Translations under genes and position numbers: made by a program | Part shown: piece after piece, positions 28,256 through 40,539 of the stretch | Numbering within the stretch: position 1 is the stretch's first letter | Layout: every line of letters starts with the position of its first letter | The notes under the pieces: model-generated | The model's input: only the letters and a program-made list of their open reading frames with translations | Databases searched by the model: none | Told to the model about the DNA's origin: nothing | Sequence record: SRR22947725_2316 | Strand: one strand, 5' to 3' | Length of the DNA: 58,423 bases

Positions 28256-29237
28256 GCCCTCCGCTCAACCCCCCAAGATGCTCACGGCCACCCTGGATGA
28301 TGTCTCCATGGTGGAGGTCCTGGGCGTCAACGACGCGGTCTTGGCCCTGGTGGAAGAACACTTTCCTTCTCTCGCCATCGCTGTTCGCAGCAATGCCATC
28401 ACCGTTTCAGGTCCCGAGCAGGATGCGCGACGGGCCCTAGATCTCTTGGAAGAAATGGGTCGGGTGGCCCGGAAAAATTCCGAGCTATCTGCAGAAGACA
28501 TGATGCGTGCTGCGGTAGCGGCACAGCAGAGTGGGATCGCTCCGACTAATTTTTTGTCCGAACCAATTCTTTCCAGCAAGGGCCGCGCACTTCGCCCGAA
28601 AACGACGGGACAAAAGAGCTACGTTGACGCGATCGATTCCCACACCATCGTGTTCGGGATTGGTCCTGCAGGAACGGGTAAAACCTATTTAGCAATGGCC
28701 AAAGCCGTCCAGGCGCTGGAGAGGAAAGAAATTGACCGCATCATCTTGACCAGGCCTGCGGTCGAGGCGGGCGAGCGTTTAGGATTTTTGCCGGGAACCC
28801 TGACGGACAAAATCGACCCCTATCTCCGGCCACTCTTCGATGCCCTCCACGAAATGATGGACCCCGAGCTTGTCCCCAAACTGTTGGCCAGCGGAACGAT
28901 CGAAGTTGCCCCCCTGGCGTATATGCGTGGACGCACGTTGAATAGGGCCTTCATTATCTTGGACGAGGCCCAAAATACCTCGCCCGAGCAGATGAAAATG
29001 TTTCTCACCCGGCTAGGTTTTGAATCCCGAATGGTCATCACCGGCGATATCACCCAGGTCGATGTGCCCGGCGGTCACAGCGGCCTCAGGCTGGTGGGCG
29101 GAATTCTTGAAGATGTTGAGGACATCCACTTTCACTACCTGACCTCCAGTGATGTTGTCCGCCACTCCCTAGTGTCGGCCATCGTTGAGGCCTATGCCGC
29201 CCATGACGCTCGCGAGGTGAACGCCCGTGAGCGTTGA
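28245..29237 (+). CDS. phoH: PhoH family ATPase
   Basis: GPAGTGKT, RPAVEAGERLGFLPG, YMRGRTL, LDEAQN; exact start uncertain. Confidence 0.93.
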   Translation: MPAKPSAQPPKMLTATLDDVSMVEVLGVNDAVLALVEEHFPSLAIAVRSNAITVSGPEQDARRALDLLEEMGRVARKNSELSAEDMMRAAVAAQQSGIAPTNFLSEPILSSKGRALRPKTTGQKSYVDAIDSHTIVFGIGPAGTGKTYLAMAKAVQALERKEIDRIILTRPAVEAGERLGFLPGTLTDKIDPYLRPLFDALHEMMDPELVPKLLASGTIEVAPLAYMRGRTLNRAFIILDEAQNTSPEQMKMFLTRLGFESRMVITGDITQVDVPGGHSGLRLVGGILEDVEDIHFHYLTSSDVVRHSLVSAIVEAYAAHDAREVNARER

Positions 29238-29691
29238 AGTCAGTAACGAGTCGGGAACCAGCCTCGACGAAGCGAGCCTTCAACACGTAGTGCTGTTTGC
29301 GATGTCGGGTTTGCGGGTCCACCCCGATGCGGAAGTTGCGGTTGTGCTGGTGGATGAAGCAGCAATGGAAGAGCTCCATGTGCAGTGGATGGGCGAAACC
29401 GGGCCCACCGACGTGTTGAGTTTTCCCATGGACGAATTGCGTCCAGGGCGTGAGGGCGAAGAGGAAGCCGAAGGGATCCTTGGAGACATTGTGCTGTGTC
29501 CCACCGTGGCTGCCGCACAGGCAAACACAGCGGGTCACTCGCTGATGGCTGAGCTGCGCATGCTGACCGTGCACGGACTACTGCACCTCTTGGGCTTTGA
29601 CCACGCGGAGCCCGATGAGCAAAAAGAAATGTTTGGCCTGCAAGGCGACATCCTTGCTCGATTCGATGCCTTGGCAGAGGAACCCGCGTGA
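29227..29691 (+). CDS. ybeY: rRNA maturation RNase YbeY
   Basis: PTDVLSFPM, LGDIVLC, HGLLHLLGFDH. Confidence 0.96.
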   Translation: MSVEVSNESGTSLDEASLQHVVLFAMSGLRVHPDAEVAVVLVDEAAMEELHVQWMGETGPTDVLSFPMDELRPGREGEEEAEGILGDIVLCPTVAAAQANTAGHSLMAELRMLTVHGLLHLLGFDHAEPDEQKEMFGLQGDILARFDALAEEPA

Positions 29692-31007
29692 GTATTGTTT
29701 TCCTTCTGATTGCGGTTGCGCTCATTGTGGTGGGTGGATTGCTTACCGCTATTAGCGCAGCGCTGGGTGTCGTGGGGCGAAACGACCTCCTGGAGGAGGC
29801 GGCAACCAAACGCAAACCACAAGCGCTCCACGCCCTTGCTTCCAACATGCCTCCCCACCTCACCGCGGTTCGCTTCGTTCGTGTGGTGGTCGACACCATC
29901 GCGGCCATTTTGATTACCTTGGCCGTCTCTGCGTGGTTTTCACAGTGGTGGGAAGTGTTACTGGTCGCCGGCGTCATCCTGATTGCCGTGTCCTTCGTTG
30001 TCGTGGGGTCATCCCCCCGGTCTGTGGGAATTCGGCACGCCAAGGTCATGGTTCGAAACTTTGCCCCGCTGGTTCGAGGTCTTCGCCTGCTGGTGGGGCC
30101 TGTTGCAGAGGGGCTGGTGGTTCTCGGCAACATTGTCACCCCCGGCTCTGGCGGTGCAGCCGTGTTGCGAAGCGAAGACCAGCTGCGCAACTGGGTGGAC
30201 GAGGCAGCAGATCAGGACATGTTGGAGGATGAAGACCGAGAGCTTATTCACTCCATTTTTGAACTCGGCGACACTATTGTTCGGGAGGTCATGGTTGCCC
30301 GGACCGACATGATCACGCTGGAGGCGGGCGATTCCCTCGCCGATGCCATGAAGGCCTTTCTTGACACGGGTGTCTCTCGCATTCCTGTGATCGGCAAAGA
30401 CAGCGATGACGTCGTAGGGATTTGTTACCTCCGGGATGTTGCCAGAGTGCAACACGAGGCCCCGGCACAGGCAAAGAAGACGGCCATCTCTACCCTCGCT
30501 AAACCAGCGGTGTTTATTCCCGAAAGTAAAAAGGTCGATGACGCGCTCCGGTTTTTGCAACGCGAACAAAATCATCTCGCCATGGTGGTCGATGAATACG
30601 GCGGCATCGCGGGTTTGGTGACGATGGAAGATTTGATGGAAGAGCTGGTGGGAGAAATCTCTGACGAGTACGACGTCGATGTGAAAGAAATCACAGGTAT
30701 CGGACCCGATTCCTACCGTGTGGCAGCGAAATATTCGTTGGACGACCTCGCTGATTTTTACGACATTGATATGGATCACGACGATGTCGATACGGTCGGT
30801 GGTTTGCTGACCAAACTCATTGGTCGCCTACCCGGTGCTGACTCGAGTGCGGATACCGATGACATCCGCTTGGTGGCAGAAGCCCCGGAGGGGCGAAACC
30901 AAAGAGTGTCGTGGATTCGGGTGTATCCCACGGCGGGGTGGCTCGAGCGCAAGGCGCTGCGTGAGGAAATCGACCAGGCCCGAACCGGAGAGATCCCCCT
31001 GCCATGA
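29688..31007 (+). CDS. Hemolysin/CNNM (HlyC/CorC) family protein with CBS pair
   Basis: N-terminal TM region, VREVMVARTDM, SRIPV, VVDEYGGIAGLVTMEDLMEELVGEI, DTVGG. Confidence 0.92.
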   Translation: MSIVFLLIAVALIVVGGLLTAISAALGVVGRNDLLEEAATKRKPQALHALASNMPPHLTAVRFVRVVVDTIAAILITLAVSAWFSQWWEVLLVAGVILIAVSFVVVGSSPRSVGIRHAKVMVRNFAPLVRGLRLLVGPVAEGLVVLGNIVTPGSGGAAVLRSEDQLRNWVDEAADQDMLEDEDRELIHSIFELGDTIVREVMVARTDMITLEAGDSLADAMKAFLDTGVSRIPVIGKDSDDVVGICYLRDVARVQHEAPAQAKKTAISTLAKPAVFIPESKKVDDALRFLQREQNHLAMVVDEYGGIAGLVTMEDLMEELVGEISDEYDVDVKEITGIGPDSYRVAAKYSLDDLADFYDIDMDHDDVDTVGGLLTKLIGRLPGADSSADTDDIRLVAEAPEGRNQRVSWIRVYPTAGWLERKALREEIDQARTGEIPLP

Positions 31008-31900
31008 CCGGACCACGAGGGTTTAGCGCAGGGTTCGTCACGTTTGTGGGACGCCCCAATGTGGGCAAGTCCACGTTGATGAACGCTCTCGTGGGGGACA
31101 AGGTGGCGATTACGTCTTCAAAACCCCAAACCACCCGCATGGCCATTCGGGGCATCGTTCATCGCGAGCACGGCCAGATCATTATTGTCGATACCCCCGG
31201 CGTTCACCGCCCGCGGACTCTTTTGGGCCAACGTCTTAATGATGTCGTCTCCCACACGCTTGGTGAAGTAGACATCATCGCGATGTGTGTTCCGGCCACC
31301 GAAAAAGTAGGGCCTGGAGATCGTTTTATTGCCCAGAGCATCATGGAATACCCCCGGGCCCTCAAAATCGCACTGGTCACCAAGACTGATGCGGCCTCCA
31401 ACGCGATGATCGCTGAGCGGCTCATGGAAGTTGATGAACTGGGGGACTGGGCGAGCATCATTCCCGTCTCCGGATTGAAGGGTTCCCAGTTGGATGTGTT
31501 GGTAAAGGAACTGCTCGCCCTGCTCCCGGAGTCGGAGGCGTTGTATGACGGCGAGGCCACCACCGAACAAAGCGAGGAAACCCGGATAGCAGAGCTCATC
31601 CGAGAGGCCACCCTGGAGGGTGTCTCGGACGAATTGCCCCATTCGATCGCGGTGACCGTCGATGAAATGACCGAGCGTGATGATGGGTTGTTGCATATTT
31701 TTGCCAATTTGTGGGTTGAGCGTGACAGCCAAAAAGGCATCATCATTGGTCATCGAGGTTCCAAGCTCAAAGCAATTGGCAGCGAAGCTAGGGCTGGAAT
31801 CGAAGAACTGTTGGGCAGGCGGGTGTATCTGGCCCTCCACGTGAAAGTTTCCAAAGAATGGCAACGCGACTCAAAGAAGCTCGACAAGCTGGGGCTCTAG
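31004..31900 (+). CDS. era: GTPase Era
   Basis: GRPNVGKST, KPQTTR, DTPG, KH domain SQKGIIIG. Confidence 0.97.
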   Translation: MTGPRGFSAGFVTFVGRPNVGKSTLMNALVGDKVAITSSKPQTTRMAIRGIVHREHGQIIIVDTPGVHRPRTLLGQRLNDVVSHTLGEVDIIAMCVPATEKVGPGDRFIAQSIMEYPRALKIALVTKTDAASNAMIAERLMEVDELGDWASIIPVSGLKGSQLDVLVKELLALLPESEALYDGEATTEQSEETRIAELIREATLEGVSDELPHSIAVTVDEMTERDDGLLHIFANLWVERDSQKGIIIGHRGSKLKAIGSEARAGIEELLGRRVYLALHVKVSKEWQRDSKKLDKLGL

Positions 31901-31929
31901 GTGCCCTTTTATCTCAGAGGGTGGCGTGT

Positions 31930-33820
<1,891 letters not shown>

Positions 33821-33948
33821 AGGCAACCCTCAGCCATGAGCTTGTGGTTCAGGCCCCAGTTTCGCTTTCAGAGGGGGGCGACTACCAGAGTGCCCCGATT
33901 TTCCGGCCGCGAAGCCCACCCTCTTCTCCGACGCTGTCCCGTCTAGCG

Positions 33949-34926
33949 CTAACCCCACAGCGCGGGAGTCGGCATGCTCACCCTGGCACCGGTCATATAT
34001 TCCAGTCCGTCGGGTATGTCTTTTTCCAACAGAAGTGGGCCATCGATGTCCACGACGCTGCATAATTGGCCCACAACATACGAAGGCGCCATCGACAGCG
34101 ATGTCCCGGTCATATTTCCCACCATCACCTCGAGCCCATCCAGCGTCGCTCTGTGTGCAATAGCGAGGGCTTCGGTGAGCCCACCGCACTTATCAAGTTT
34201 GATATTGATGACGTCATATCGGTCCTTGACTCTTTCGTAATCCTCCAGGCCCAAACAGCTCTCATCCCCACCCAAAGAGACGGGGGACTGATAGCCAATC
34301 AGGGGCTCATCATGGCCTCTGGGCAGAGGTTGTTCGATGAAGGACACGCCTAATTCCGCAAGGCCCGGAGTGTAGGTGACGAGTTCTTCCATCGTCCATC
34401 CTTGATTCACGTCAATCACCAGAGTGGCGTGAGGCCGGACCTCCCTGATTGCGCTGATTCGTTCCAGGACCAACTCGTTATCCAGCTTGATTTTTAGCGC
34501 CGGAAAATCTGCCCATTCCCTCGCCTTCGCCGCCATTACCTTAGGTGTATCAATACCGAGCGTGGCCACCGTCGTCAGCTCGTGCGGCACGACACCCACA
34601 AGTTGCCATATCGATGACCCTGTTTGCTTGCATTCCAGGTCCCACAGTGCACAGTCAAGGGCATTGCGGGCTCCACCAATCGGCAACACAGTAGAGAGCT
34701 CTTCACGGGTGATCCCTGACTCCACTCGAGTGCGAATTGATTCAATGCTTGCGATGAGAGAGCGGGGGGTCTCTCCCAGGTAGTAGGAACCTGTCCCTTC
34801 GCCCCGGCCACAAAATCCTTCGTGTTCGAGCGTTACCCACACGCAGTTGAGTTCCCTAAAGGTATAGCCCGTGATGGAAAAAGGTGCAGCAAGCGGGAAG
34901 GTTCGCGCTTCGACCGACATTTTCAC
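33949..34926 (-). CDS. Enolase-superfamily dipeptide epimerase / N-acetyl-D-Glu racemase (DgcA-like)
   Basis: KIK, DVNQGW, EQP, DES, NIKLDKCGG, DIDGP motifs; ARNALDCALWDL. Confidence 0.88.
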   Translation of the reverse strand: MKMSVEARTFPLAAPFSITGYTFRELNCVWVTLEHEGFCGRGEGTGSYYLGETPRSLIASIESIRTRVESGITREELSTVLPIGGARNALDCALWDLECKQTGSSIWQLVGVVPHELTTVATLGIDTPKVMAAKAREWADFPALKIKLDNELVLERISAIREVRPHATLVIDVNQGWTMEELVTYTPGLAELGVSFIEQPLPRGHDEPLIGYQSPVSLGGDESCLGLEDYERVKDRYDVINIKLDKCGGLTEALAIAHRATLDGLEVMVGNMTGTSLSMAPSYVVGQLCSVVDIDGPLLLEKDIPDGLEYMTGARVSMPTPALWG

Positions 34927-34931
34927 GATCG

Positions 34932-36005
34932 TTACCAGGTTGTCAGGGCCGAAACCAACGGTTCCACCCCGCCATGCAAGGGGTCAACCGCGGGCAGCGA
35001 CCAGCGTTGAGCAAGGCCTTCGAGATAAGGGGCTCTCTCCTCCGGCGCGAGGCTAGAGGTGTTGGAGCTAATCCCCAGGCATCGAATTGCCGGGTTAACT
35101 CTCTGAGCCATGAGAACGGTGAGCTCAATGACCTCGCCGATGCTCGGCAAGGGAAAGTCCGGCCACCCCGCCATATGTTCCCTCGTTGCATGAGTACACA
35201 CGACAAACGCATCGGGCTGTGAGCCGGTGAGCAACCCTGCGGTAACCGCGGAATATCCCGGGTGAAAAAGACTGCCCTGTCCTTCGATAACGTCCCAGTG
35301 ATCGGGGGAATCCGCGTCGGGAGAGAGCATCTCGGCGGCACCCGATACGAAATCGGCGACAACGGCATCGATGGGGATTCCTGCCCCCGAAATAAGAATT
35401 CCTGTTTGGCCACTGGCACGAAAATCCACGTCAAACCCTTGGTGTGACATCTCCCGGGCTAACGCCAAAGCGGTGTACTTCTTTCCCAGGGCGCAATCTG
35501 TTCCCATCGTGAGAAGGCGCTTGCCGGTCCGCTTTTCCCCTGTTCCCACGGGGATTTCTTCGGGTGGAACGCGAACATCAATGATGCGGCGGCCAGACTT
35601 CTGGGCGGCCTCTTGGAGCTCGGGGATATCTCCCAGGCGCTGGTGCATACCGGCAGCGATATCGAGGCCAAGCTCCAGGGCTTGACGCAGAATCGTCAGG
35701 GTTGCCGGCGGAATGCTGCCACCAATGACAACAACCCCGAGAACCAGAGTGTTGGCACCGCGCTGGAGCGCCTCGCCTAGGGTGACATCGGGAAGCCCCA
35801 CATCGACTGTTTCTGGGGTCAATCTCATTTGACCCACGCAGTTGGCGGCATCCCAGTGCGCGATGCCGAGCCCCGTTTTCGCATATATCGGGTCCGTCTC
35901 ATTACCCATTAACAACACAGTGGGCTTGGCGATATCGAGCACTAACGAACTCACTCTCGGTGGCGGAAGGTAGTCCAAAACTAGCGCAGTGTGAGCGCGG
36001 GACAC
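34932..36005 (-). CDS. DUF1611 (DgcN-like) P-loop protein
   Basis: AKTGLG, IAAGMHQRL, TMGTDCALGKKYT, RASGQTG, DFVSGAAE, EGQGSLFHP; true start may be the GTG at 35942. Confidence 0.88.
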   Translation of the reverse strand: MSRAHTALVLDYLPPPRVSSLVLDIAKPTVLLMGNETDPIYAKTGLGIAHWDAANCVGQMRLTPETVDVGLPDVTLGEALQRGANTLVLGVVVIGGSIPPATLTILRQALELGLDIAAGMHQRLGDIPELQEAAQKSGRRIIDVRVPPEEIPVGTGEKRTGKRLLTMGTDCALGKKYTALALAREMSHQGFDVDFRASGQTGILISGAGIPIDAVVADFVSGAAEMLSPDADSPDHWDVIEGQGSLFHPGYSAVTAGLLTGSQPDAFVVCTHATREHMAGWPDFPLPSIGEVIELTVLMAQRVNPAIRCLGISSNTSSLAPEERAPYLEGLAQRWSLPAVDPLHGGVEPLVSALTTW

Positions 36006-36054
36006 ACGCTCGCAGTAGGCGAGAAATCACCCTGCAGGAGGGGCCTGAAAATCT

Positions 36055-37335
36055 CTATAGCCTGGCGAGGGACTCAATGTCCTCCAGAAAACCACCCACC
36101 ATCTCACTGGATACTGTCATCCGAGTGTCTCCGATTGCCCAGAGATAATCTTCAGTGGTGGGACCCGTTGGGGCTCCTGGCGCCGTGTCATACACCGCAG
36201 CTTCCAGCGCCCGCTGGGCAGCTTTTCGAGCAGCAAATTCGATGTCGGCAGGTGAAAACCCCTCTGTTCTCGTCACCAACTCCGCGATGTCAACAGTGTC
36301 AACGGTCTCCGACGGGATGTATCGGCGCCATATCGATTCCCGAGCGGTTTCATCAGGCAGGCCTATAGGGATGACATAGTCAAACCGGCCGTGCCGCAAG
36401 AAAGCGTCATCTAGAGCCCTGATGAAGTTTGTGGCAACGATAAGCAAGCGACCAGGGCGCTCTCGAAACAGCGGGATGAGCTTGAGCAGCTCATTGGTCA
36501 CTCCTTGCAACGCCGTAGGAGGTTCGCCTCCGCGCTGTGCTGCAATTTCTTCCACCTCGTCGATAAATACCACGACATTATCGAGATCTGAGATTCGTGT
36601 GAAGGTGTCCCGCAGGGCCCCGGCAAGCCCTTTTTGGTCTGCTGCGAGCCTCGCGGGGAACACTTCAACAAAGGGCCAATCCAATCGGGACGCAACCGCT
36701 TTTGCGAACGTTGTCTTTCCGGTGCCCGGGGGACCAAACAGGACAATCGAGCGGGGAGGTTCAACACCAAATTTTTCTGCCAAATCCGCGTCGGACAGAG
36801 GCATAACAAGTCTGCGTTCCAACATTTCTTTCTCCCGCTGCATCCCCGCAATTCCGGCCCAGAGATCCCTGGGCAATATTCGCCCACCCAATTCAGCGAG
36901 GATGGTTCTCTCCTTTTCGGAGATGGGAATTTCACGCTCGAAATATTTGAGATGGTTTTTGTCAACAAATCCGGCATGGTCTAACACATCGGACTTGTCT
37001 TGGCTTTCCGGCACCAAAATGGAAAGCTTTGTCAGGCCTAGCGGTGCCATGCGTGCTTCCAGCGCGGCGAGCAATGAACTTCCAATTCCTTGACGTCGAA
37101 AGGATGGAAGCGTTGAGAAAAAGACGATCCAGCCTTGTTCGTGGGCGGCCCGAGCTACCGCTGCACCAACAATTTTCTCGTCGGCAACGGCCAGAACTGC
37201 GTGATCCTTCTGGCACGAGGCCAAGACCTCGGCTAGTCCGTACACCGGGTCAAAACCTTCCGACTTTGCGCTATCCCACAGCTCGAGGACTGCTTCGGTG
37301 TCAGCAGGATGGTACTCACGAATACGAAAAGACAT
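36055..37335 (-). CDS. GNAT acetyltransferase-AAA+ ATPase fusion
   Basis: N-terminal GNAT (FRIREY, FRRQGIGSSLL); Walker A GPPGTGKT, Walker B VVFIDEVE, SRH ATNF...AFLRHGRFD. Confidence 0.88.
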   Translation of the reverse strand: MSFRIREYHPADTEAVLELWDSAKSEGFDPVYGLAEVLASCQKDHAVLAVADEKIVGAAVARAAHEQGWIVFFSTLPSFRRQGIGSSLLAALEARMAPLGLTKLSILVPESQDKSDVLDHAGFVDKNHLKYFEREIPISEKERTILAELGGRILPRDLWAGIAGMQREKEMLERRLVMPLSDADLAEKFGVEPPRSIVLFGPPGTGKTTFAKAVASRLDWPFVEVFPARLAADQKGLAGALRDTFTRISDLDNVVVFIDEVEEIAAQRGGEPPTALQGVTNELLKLIPLFRERPGRLLIVATNFIRALDDAFLRHGRFDYVIPIGLPDETARESIWRRYIPSETVDTVDIAELVTRTEGFSPADIEFAARKAAQRALEAAVYDTAPGAPTGPTTEDYLWAIGDTRMTVSSEMVGGFLEDIESLARL

Positions 37336-37562
37336 CTGTGTTCCTCACCAAAGAAAGAAGAAGTAAGCCGATGGGCAATGTTGGAAGGCAACCCGGGTGA
37401 GGAGGCCGCTCGCTGAGAGGGCGTTGTGGACCCTCGTGGTTACGCGATGATATCCGAGAGAGTACCGCAATCAAGGTGAGAGTCTCGGCAGTCCCCGCCA
37501 CACCAGAGGAGAAAGAGCGTGCCGCCCAATGAATGCTGGGGTTTACCCGGGATACTAGGGGA

Positions 37563-38309
37563 GTGCCCACCTACCGAGACGATGCCATTGTGCTGCGCAC
37601 ACATCTGCTCGGTGAAGCCGACAAGATTGTCACGTTGCTGTGCAAAAAGTCGGGCAAAGTTCGAGCGGTAGCAAAGGGGGTCCGCAAAACGACAAGTCGT
37701 TTTGGCGCCAGGCTTGAACCCTTCACCGTGGTGGATGTTCAACTCTTTGAGGGGAAAAGCCTCGACATCGTTCAACAGGCTGACACTATTGGCGCCTATT
37801 CCTCTGCGATCAGCCACGACTACGCGAAATACACCTCCGCCATGGTCATGGTGGAGACTGCGGACACACTGAGTGACCACGATTACCAGCAAGCCCACTA
37901 CATCCTTCTTCTGGGCGGCCTGCGGTCTTTGGCGCAGGGAGACCACCCCTCTGGGCAGGTTGTGGATAGCTACCTCCTGCGGGCGCTGGCCCTTGCCGGA
38001 TGGTCACCGAGTCTGGAAGTGTGTGCCGTCACGGGGGAGCCTGGGGACCACCGCGCCTTCGATGTTTCCCTCGGTGGCGTGGTGGCCGCCAATATCGCCC
38101 CACCGGGAACGCCTCAGTTGGCTCCCGGAGCCAAGGAGCTCCTTCAGGCTCTCCTCGCGGGGGAGTGGGAGGCTGTCGAGAGGGCAGAATCAGGGGTTTC
38201 CTCTCAAGTGTCAGGGATTATTGCCGCCTACACCCAGTTCCACCTTGAGCGCCATGTTCGATCCTTCGCCCACCTTGATCGCAGCGAAAAAACAACGGTG
38301 ACCCACTGA
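37563..38309 (+). CDS. recO: DNA repair protein RecO
   Basis: [10 protein letters not shown]...GEADKIV...[28 protein letters not shown] -10 lies 6 nt before the GTG. Confidence 0.95.
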   Translation: MPTYRDDAIVLRTHLLGEADKIVTLLCKKSGKVRAVAKGVRKTTSRFGARLEPFTVVDVQLFEGKSLDIVQQADTIGAYSSAISHDYAKYTSAMVMVETADTLSDHDYQQAHYILLLGGLRSLAQGDHPSGQVVDSYLLRALALAGWSPSLEVCAVTGEPGDHRAFDVSLGGVVAANIAPPGTPQLAPGAKELLQALLAGEWEAVERAESGVSSQVSGIIAAYTQFHLERHVRSFAHLDRSEKTTVTH

Positions 38310-39100
38310 TGACTAACTTTCTGCCGCTGAATTGGACAGGGCTTGAGCCACCCGACTTTGACAATTCCAGAATCCCCCAACACGTTGCTGTGGTGATGGA
38401 TGGGAATGGGCGCTGGGCAAACGCGCAGGGGTTACCTCGAATCGAGGGCCACAAAGCGGGAGAGACAGCGCTCCTCGATGTTGTGGCAGGGGCCTTGCAA
38501 GCGGGAGTTAGCCACCTCTCGGTGTATGCCTTCTCGACCGAGAATTGGAACCGATCTCCAGAGGAAGTGAAATTTCTGATGGGTTTCAACAGGGATGTCT
38601 TGCGCCGTAGGCGAGACCAGCTCAATGAGTGGGGTGTGCGCATTAGGTGGTCGGGACGGCGCCCCAAACTTTGGTCCAGTGTGATTAAGGATCTCGAAAC
38701 AGCGGAGCAGCTCACCAAAAAGAACACCACGTTGACGCTGACCATGTGTGTGAACTACGGCGGGCGGGCAGAAATCGTGGATGCCATTCGCCAGATTGCG
38801 AGCTCTGTTGCATCAGGATCGGTGACGCCCGGGCGGATTAGCGAAAAAACGGTTGCCCAAAATCTTTACCTGCCCTCTCAACCCGATGTGGACTTGTTTG
38901 TCCGAACCTCGGGTGAGCGGCGGACCAGCAACTTTTTGCTGTGGCAGAGCGCGTATGCGGAAATGGTCTTCTTGCCCACACTGTGGCCGGATATGACCCG
39001 AGTGCAGTTGTGGGAAGCCATTGAGGAGTACCAGCGCCGCACGCGCCGTTTCGGGGGAGCTGTGGACCAGCCGTCTGGTTCTTCTGAGCCCTCTCGGTAG
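38309..39100 (+). CDS. uppS: cis-isoprenyl diphosphate synthase
   Basis: [41 protein letters not shown]. Confidence 0.92.
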   Translation: MTNFLPLNWTGLEPPDFDNSRIPQHVAVVMDGNGRWANAQGLPRIEGHKAGETALLDVVAGALQAGVSHLSVYAFSTENWNRSPEEVKFLMGFNRDVLRRRRDQLNEWGVRIRWSGRRPKLWSSVIKDLETAEQLTKKNTTLTLTMCVNYGGRAEIVDAIRQIASSVASGSVTPGRISEKTVAQNLYLPSQPDVDLFVRTSGERRTSNFLLWQSAYAEMVFLPTLWPDMTRVQLWEAIEEYQRRTRRFGGAVDQPSGSSEPSR

Positions 39101-39148
39101 GATGGTGAACAGTTGTTTGGTCTGATTGTTACCTAAGGGAGCTCCGAC

Positions 39149-40534
39149 GTGGCGCCACAAAGCAAGCTTGACAGCGTCATTGCGCTCGCCAAACGCCGGG
39201 GGTTCGTGTACCAATCCGGTGAAATCTATGGCGGTTCTCGCTCAGCGTGGGACTACGGGCCCCTGGGTGTAGAACTCAAGGAAAACATCAAGCGCCAGTG
39301 GTGGCGAAACATGGTGACTACCCGCCCAGACGTCGTGGGGTTAGATTCGGCCGTTATTTTGCCGACAGCAGTGTGGAATGCATCAGGCCACGTTGACGTC
39401 TTTAGCGATCCTCTGGTCGAGTGTCTTTCCTGCCACAAGCGCTACCGCGCCGACCACTTGTTGGAGGAGTTCGAAGAAAAGAAGGGTCGGGTTCCCGAGA
39501 ACGGCCTCGCCGACATCGCGTGCCCGCATTGTGGAAATAAAGGCTCATTTACCGAACCTAAAGAGTTCAGTGGGCTCCTCAAGACGTATTTGGGACCCGT
39601 CGATGATGAAGCAGGGATGCACTACCTGCGCCCCGAAACGGCACAGGGAATTTTTGTCAACTTCAATAACGTGGTCCAAACCGCCCGAGTGAAACCACCG
39701 TTCGGGATTGCCCAAATTGGCAAGAGTTTCCGCAACGAAATCACCCCGGGAAACTTCATCTTCCGCACCCGCGAATTTGAGCAGATGGAGATGGAGTTCT
39801 TCGTGAAGCCCGGCGAAGATGAGACCTGGCACCAGTATTGGATTGACCAGCGGTTTGCCTGGTACACGGGGCTGGGGATCAACCCGGACAATTTGCGGTT
39901 ATATGAACACCCCGCGGAAAAACTGTCGCACTATTCCAAGCGCACCGTTGATATTGAATACCGTTTCGGCTTCCCCTCCGGTGAATTTGGTGAGCTCGAA
40001 GGTGTGGCAAATCGGACCGACTTTGACCTTTCCACCCATAGCGAGCACTCCGGCACCGACCTGTCCTATTTTGACCAGGCCTTGGATGAACGCTGGACTC
40101 CCTACGTCATCGAGCCGGCTGCCGGTTTGACCAGGTCGCTGATGGCTTTCTTAGTAGACGCCTATGAAGAAGACGAAGCTCCGAATGCAAAGGGCGGGGT
40201 GGATAAGCGCACCGTTCTGCGCCTGGACCGTCGTCTAGCGCCGACCAAAGTTGCTGTCTTGCCACTGTCTCGACACGAAGAGCTCTCGCCTCTGGCGCAG
40301 AAGATTGCCGATGATCTGCGCAACTACTGGAGCGTGGAATTCGACGATGCCGGCGCGATTGGACGTCGCTACCGCAGAGGCGATGAAGTCGGAACCCCCT
40401 TTGCCGTGACCGTTGACTTTGAATCCTTGACGGATAACGCCGTCACCATTCGCGAGCGCGACACCATGGCGCAAGAACGGGTATCGCTGGATAATCTTCA
40501 GGGATATCTCGCACAAGCACTGATCGGCGCGTAG
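39149..40534 (+). CDS. glyQS: Glycine--tRNA ligase (alpha2 type)
   Basis: [19 protein letters not shown]...[16 protein letters not shown]. Confidence 0.96.
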   Translation: MAPQSKLDSVIALAKRRGFVYQSGEIYGGSRSAWDYGPLGVELKENIKRQWWRNMVTTRPDVVGLDSAVILPTAVWNASGHVDVFSDPLVECLSCHKRYRADHLLEEFEEKKGRVPENGLADIACPHCGNKGSFTEPKEFSGLLKTYLGPVDDEAGMHYLRPETAQGIFVNFNNVVQTARVKPPFGIAQIGKSFRNEITPGNFIFRTREFEQMEMEFFVKPGEDETWHQYWIDQRFAWYTGLGINPDNLRLYEHPAEKLSHYSKRTVDIEYRFGFPSGEFGELEGVANRTDFDLSTHSEHSGTDLSYFDQALDERWTPYVIEPAAGLTRSLMAFLVDAYEEDEAPNAKGGVDKRTVLRLDRRLAPTKVAVLPLSRHEELSPLAQKIADDLRNYWSVEFDDAGAIGRRYRRGDEVGTPFAVTVDFESLTDNAVTIRERDTMAQERVSLDNLQGYLAQALIGA

Positions 40535-40539
40535 CGGGA

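Noticed and set aside
29240..30190. 316-aa minus-strand ORF
   Set aside because: Antisense to ybeY and corC; composition typical of shadow ORFs in GC-rich DNA.
37336..37562. sRNA or small ORF upstream of the GNAT-AAA gene
   Set aside because: No convincing structure or coding signal beyond the RBS and the recO -10.
39098..39148. T-box or glycine riboswitch before glyQS
   Set aside because: Leader is only about 45 nt and has no T-box or aptamer motif.
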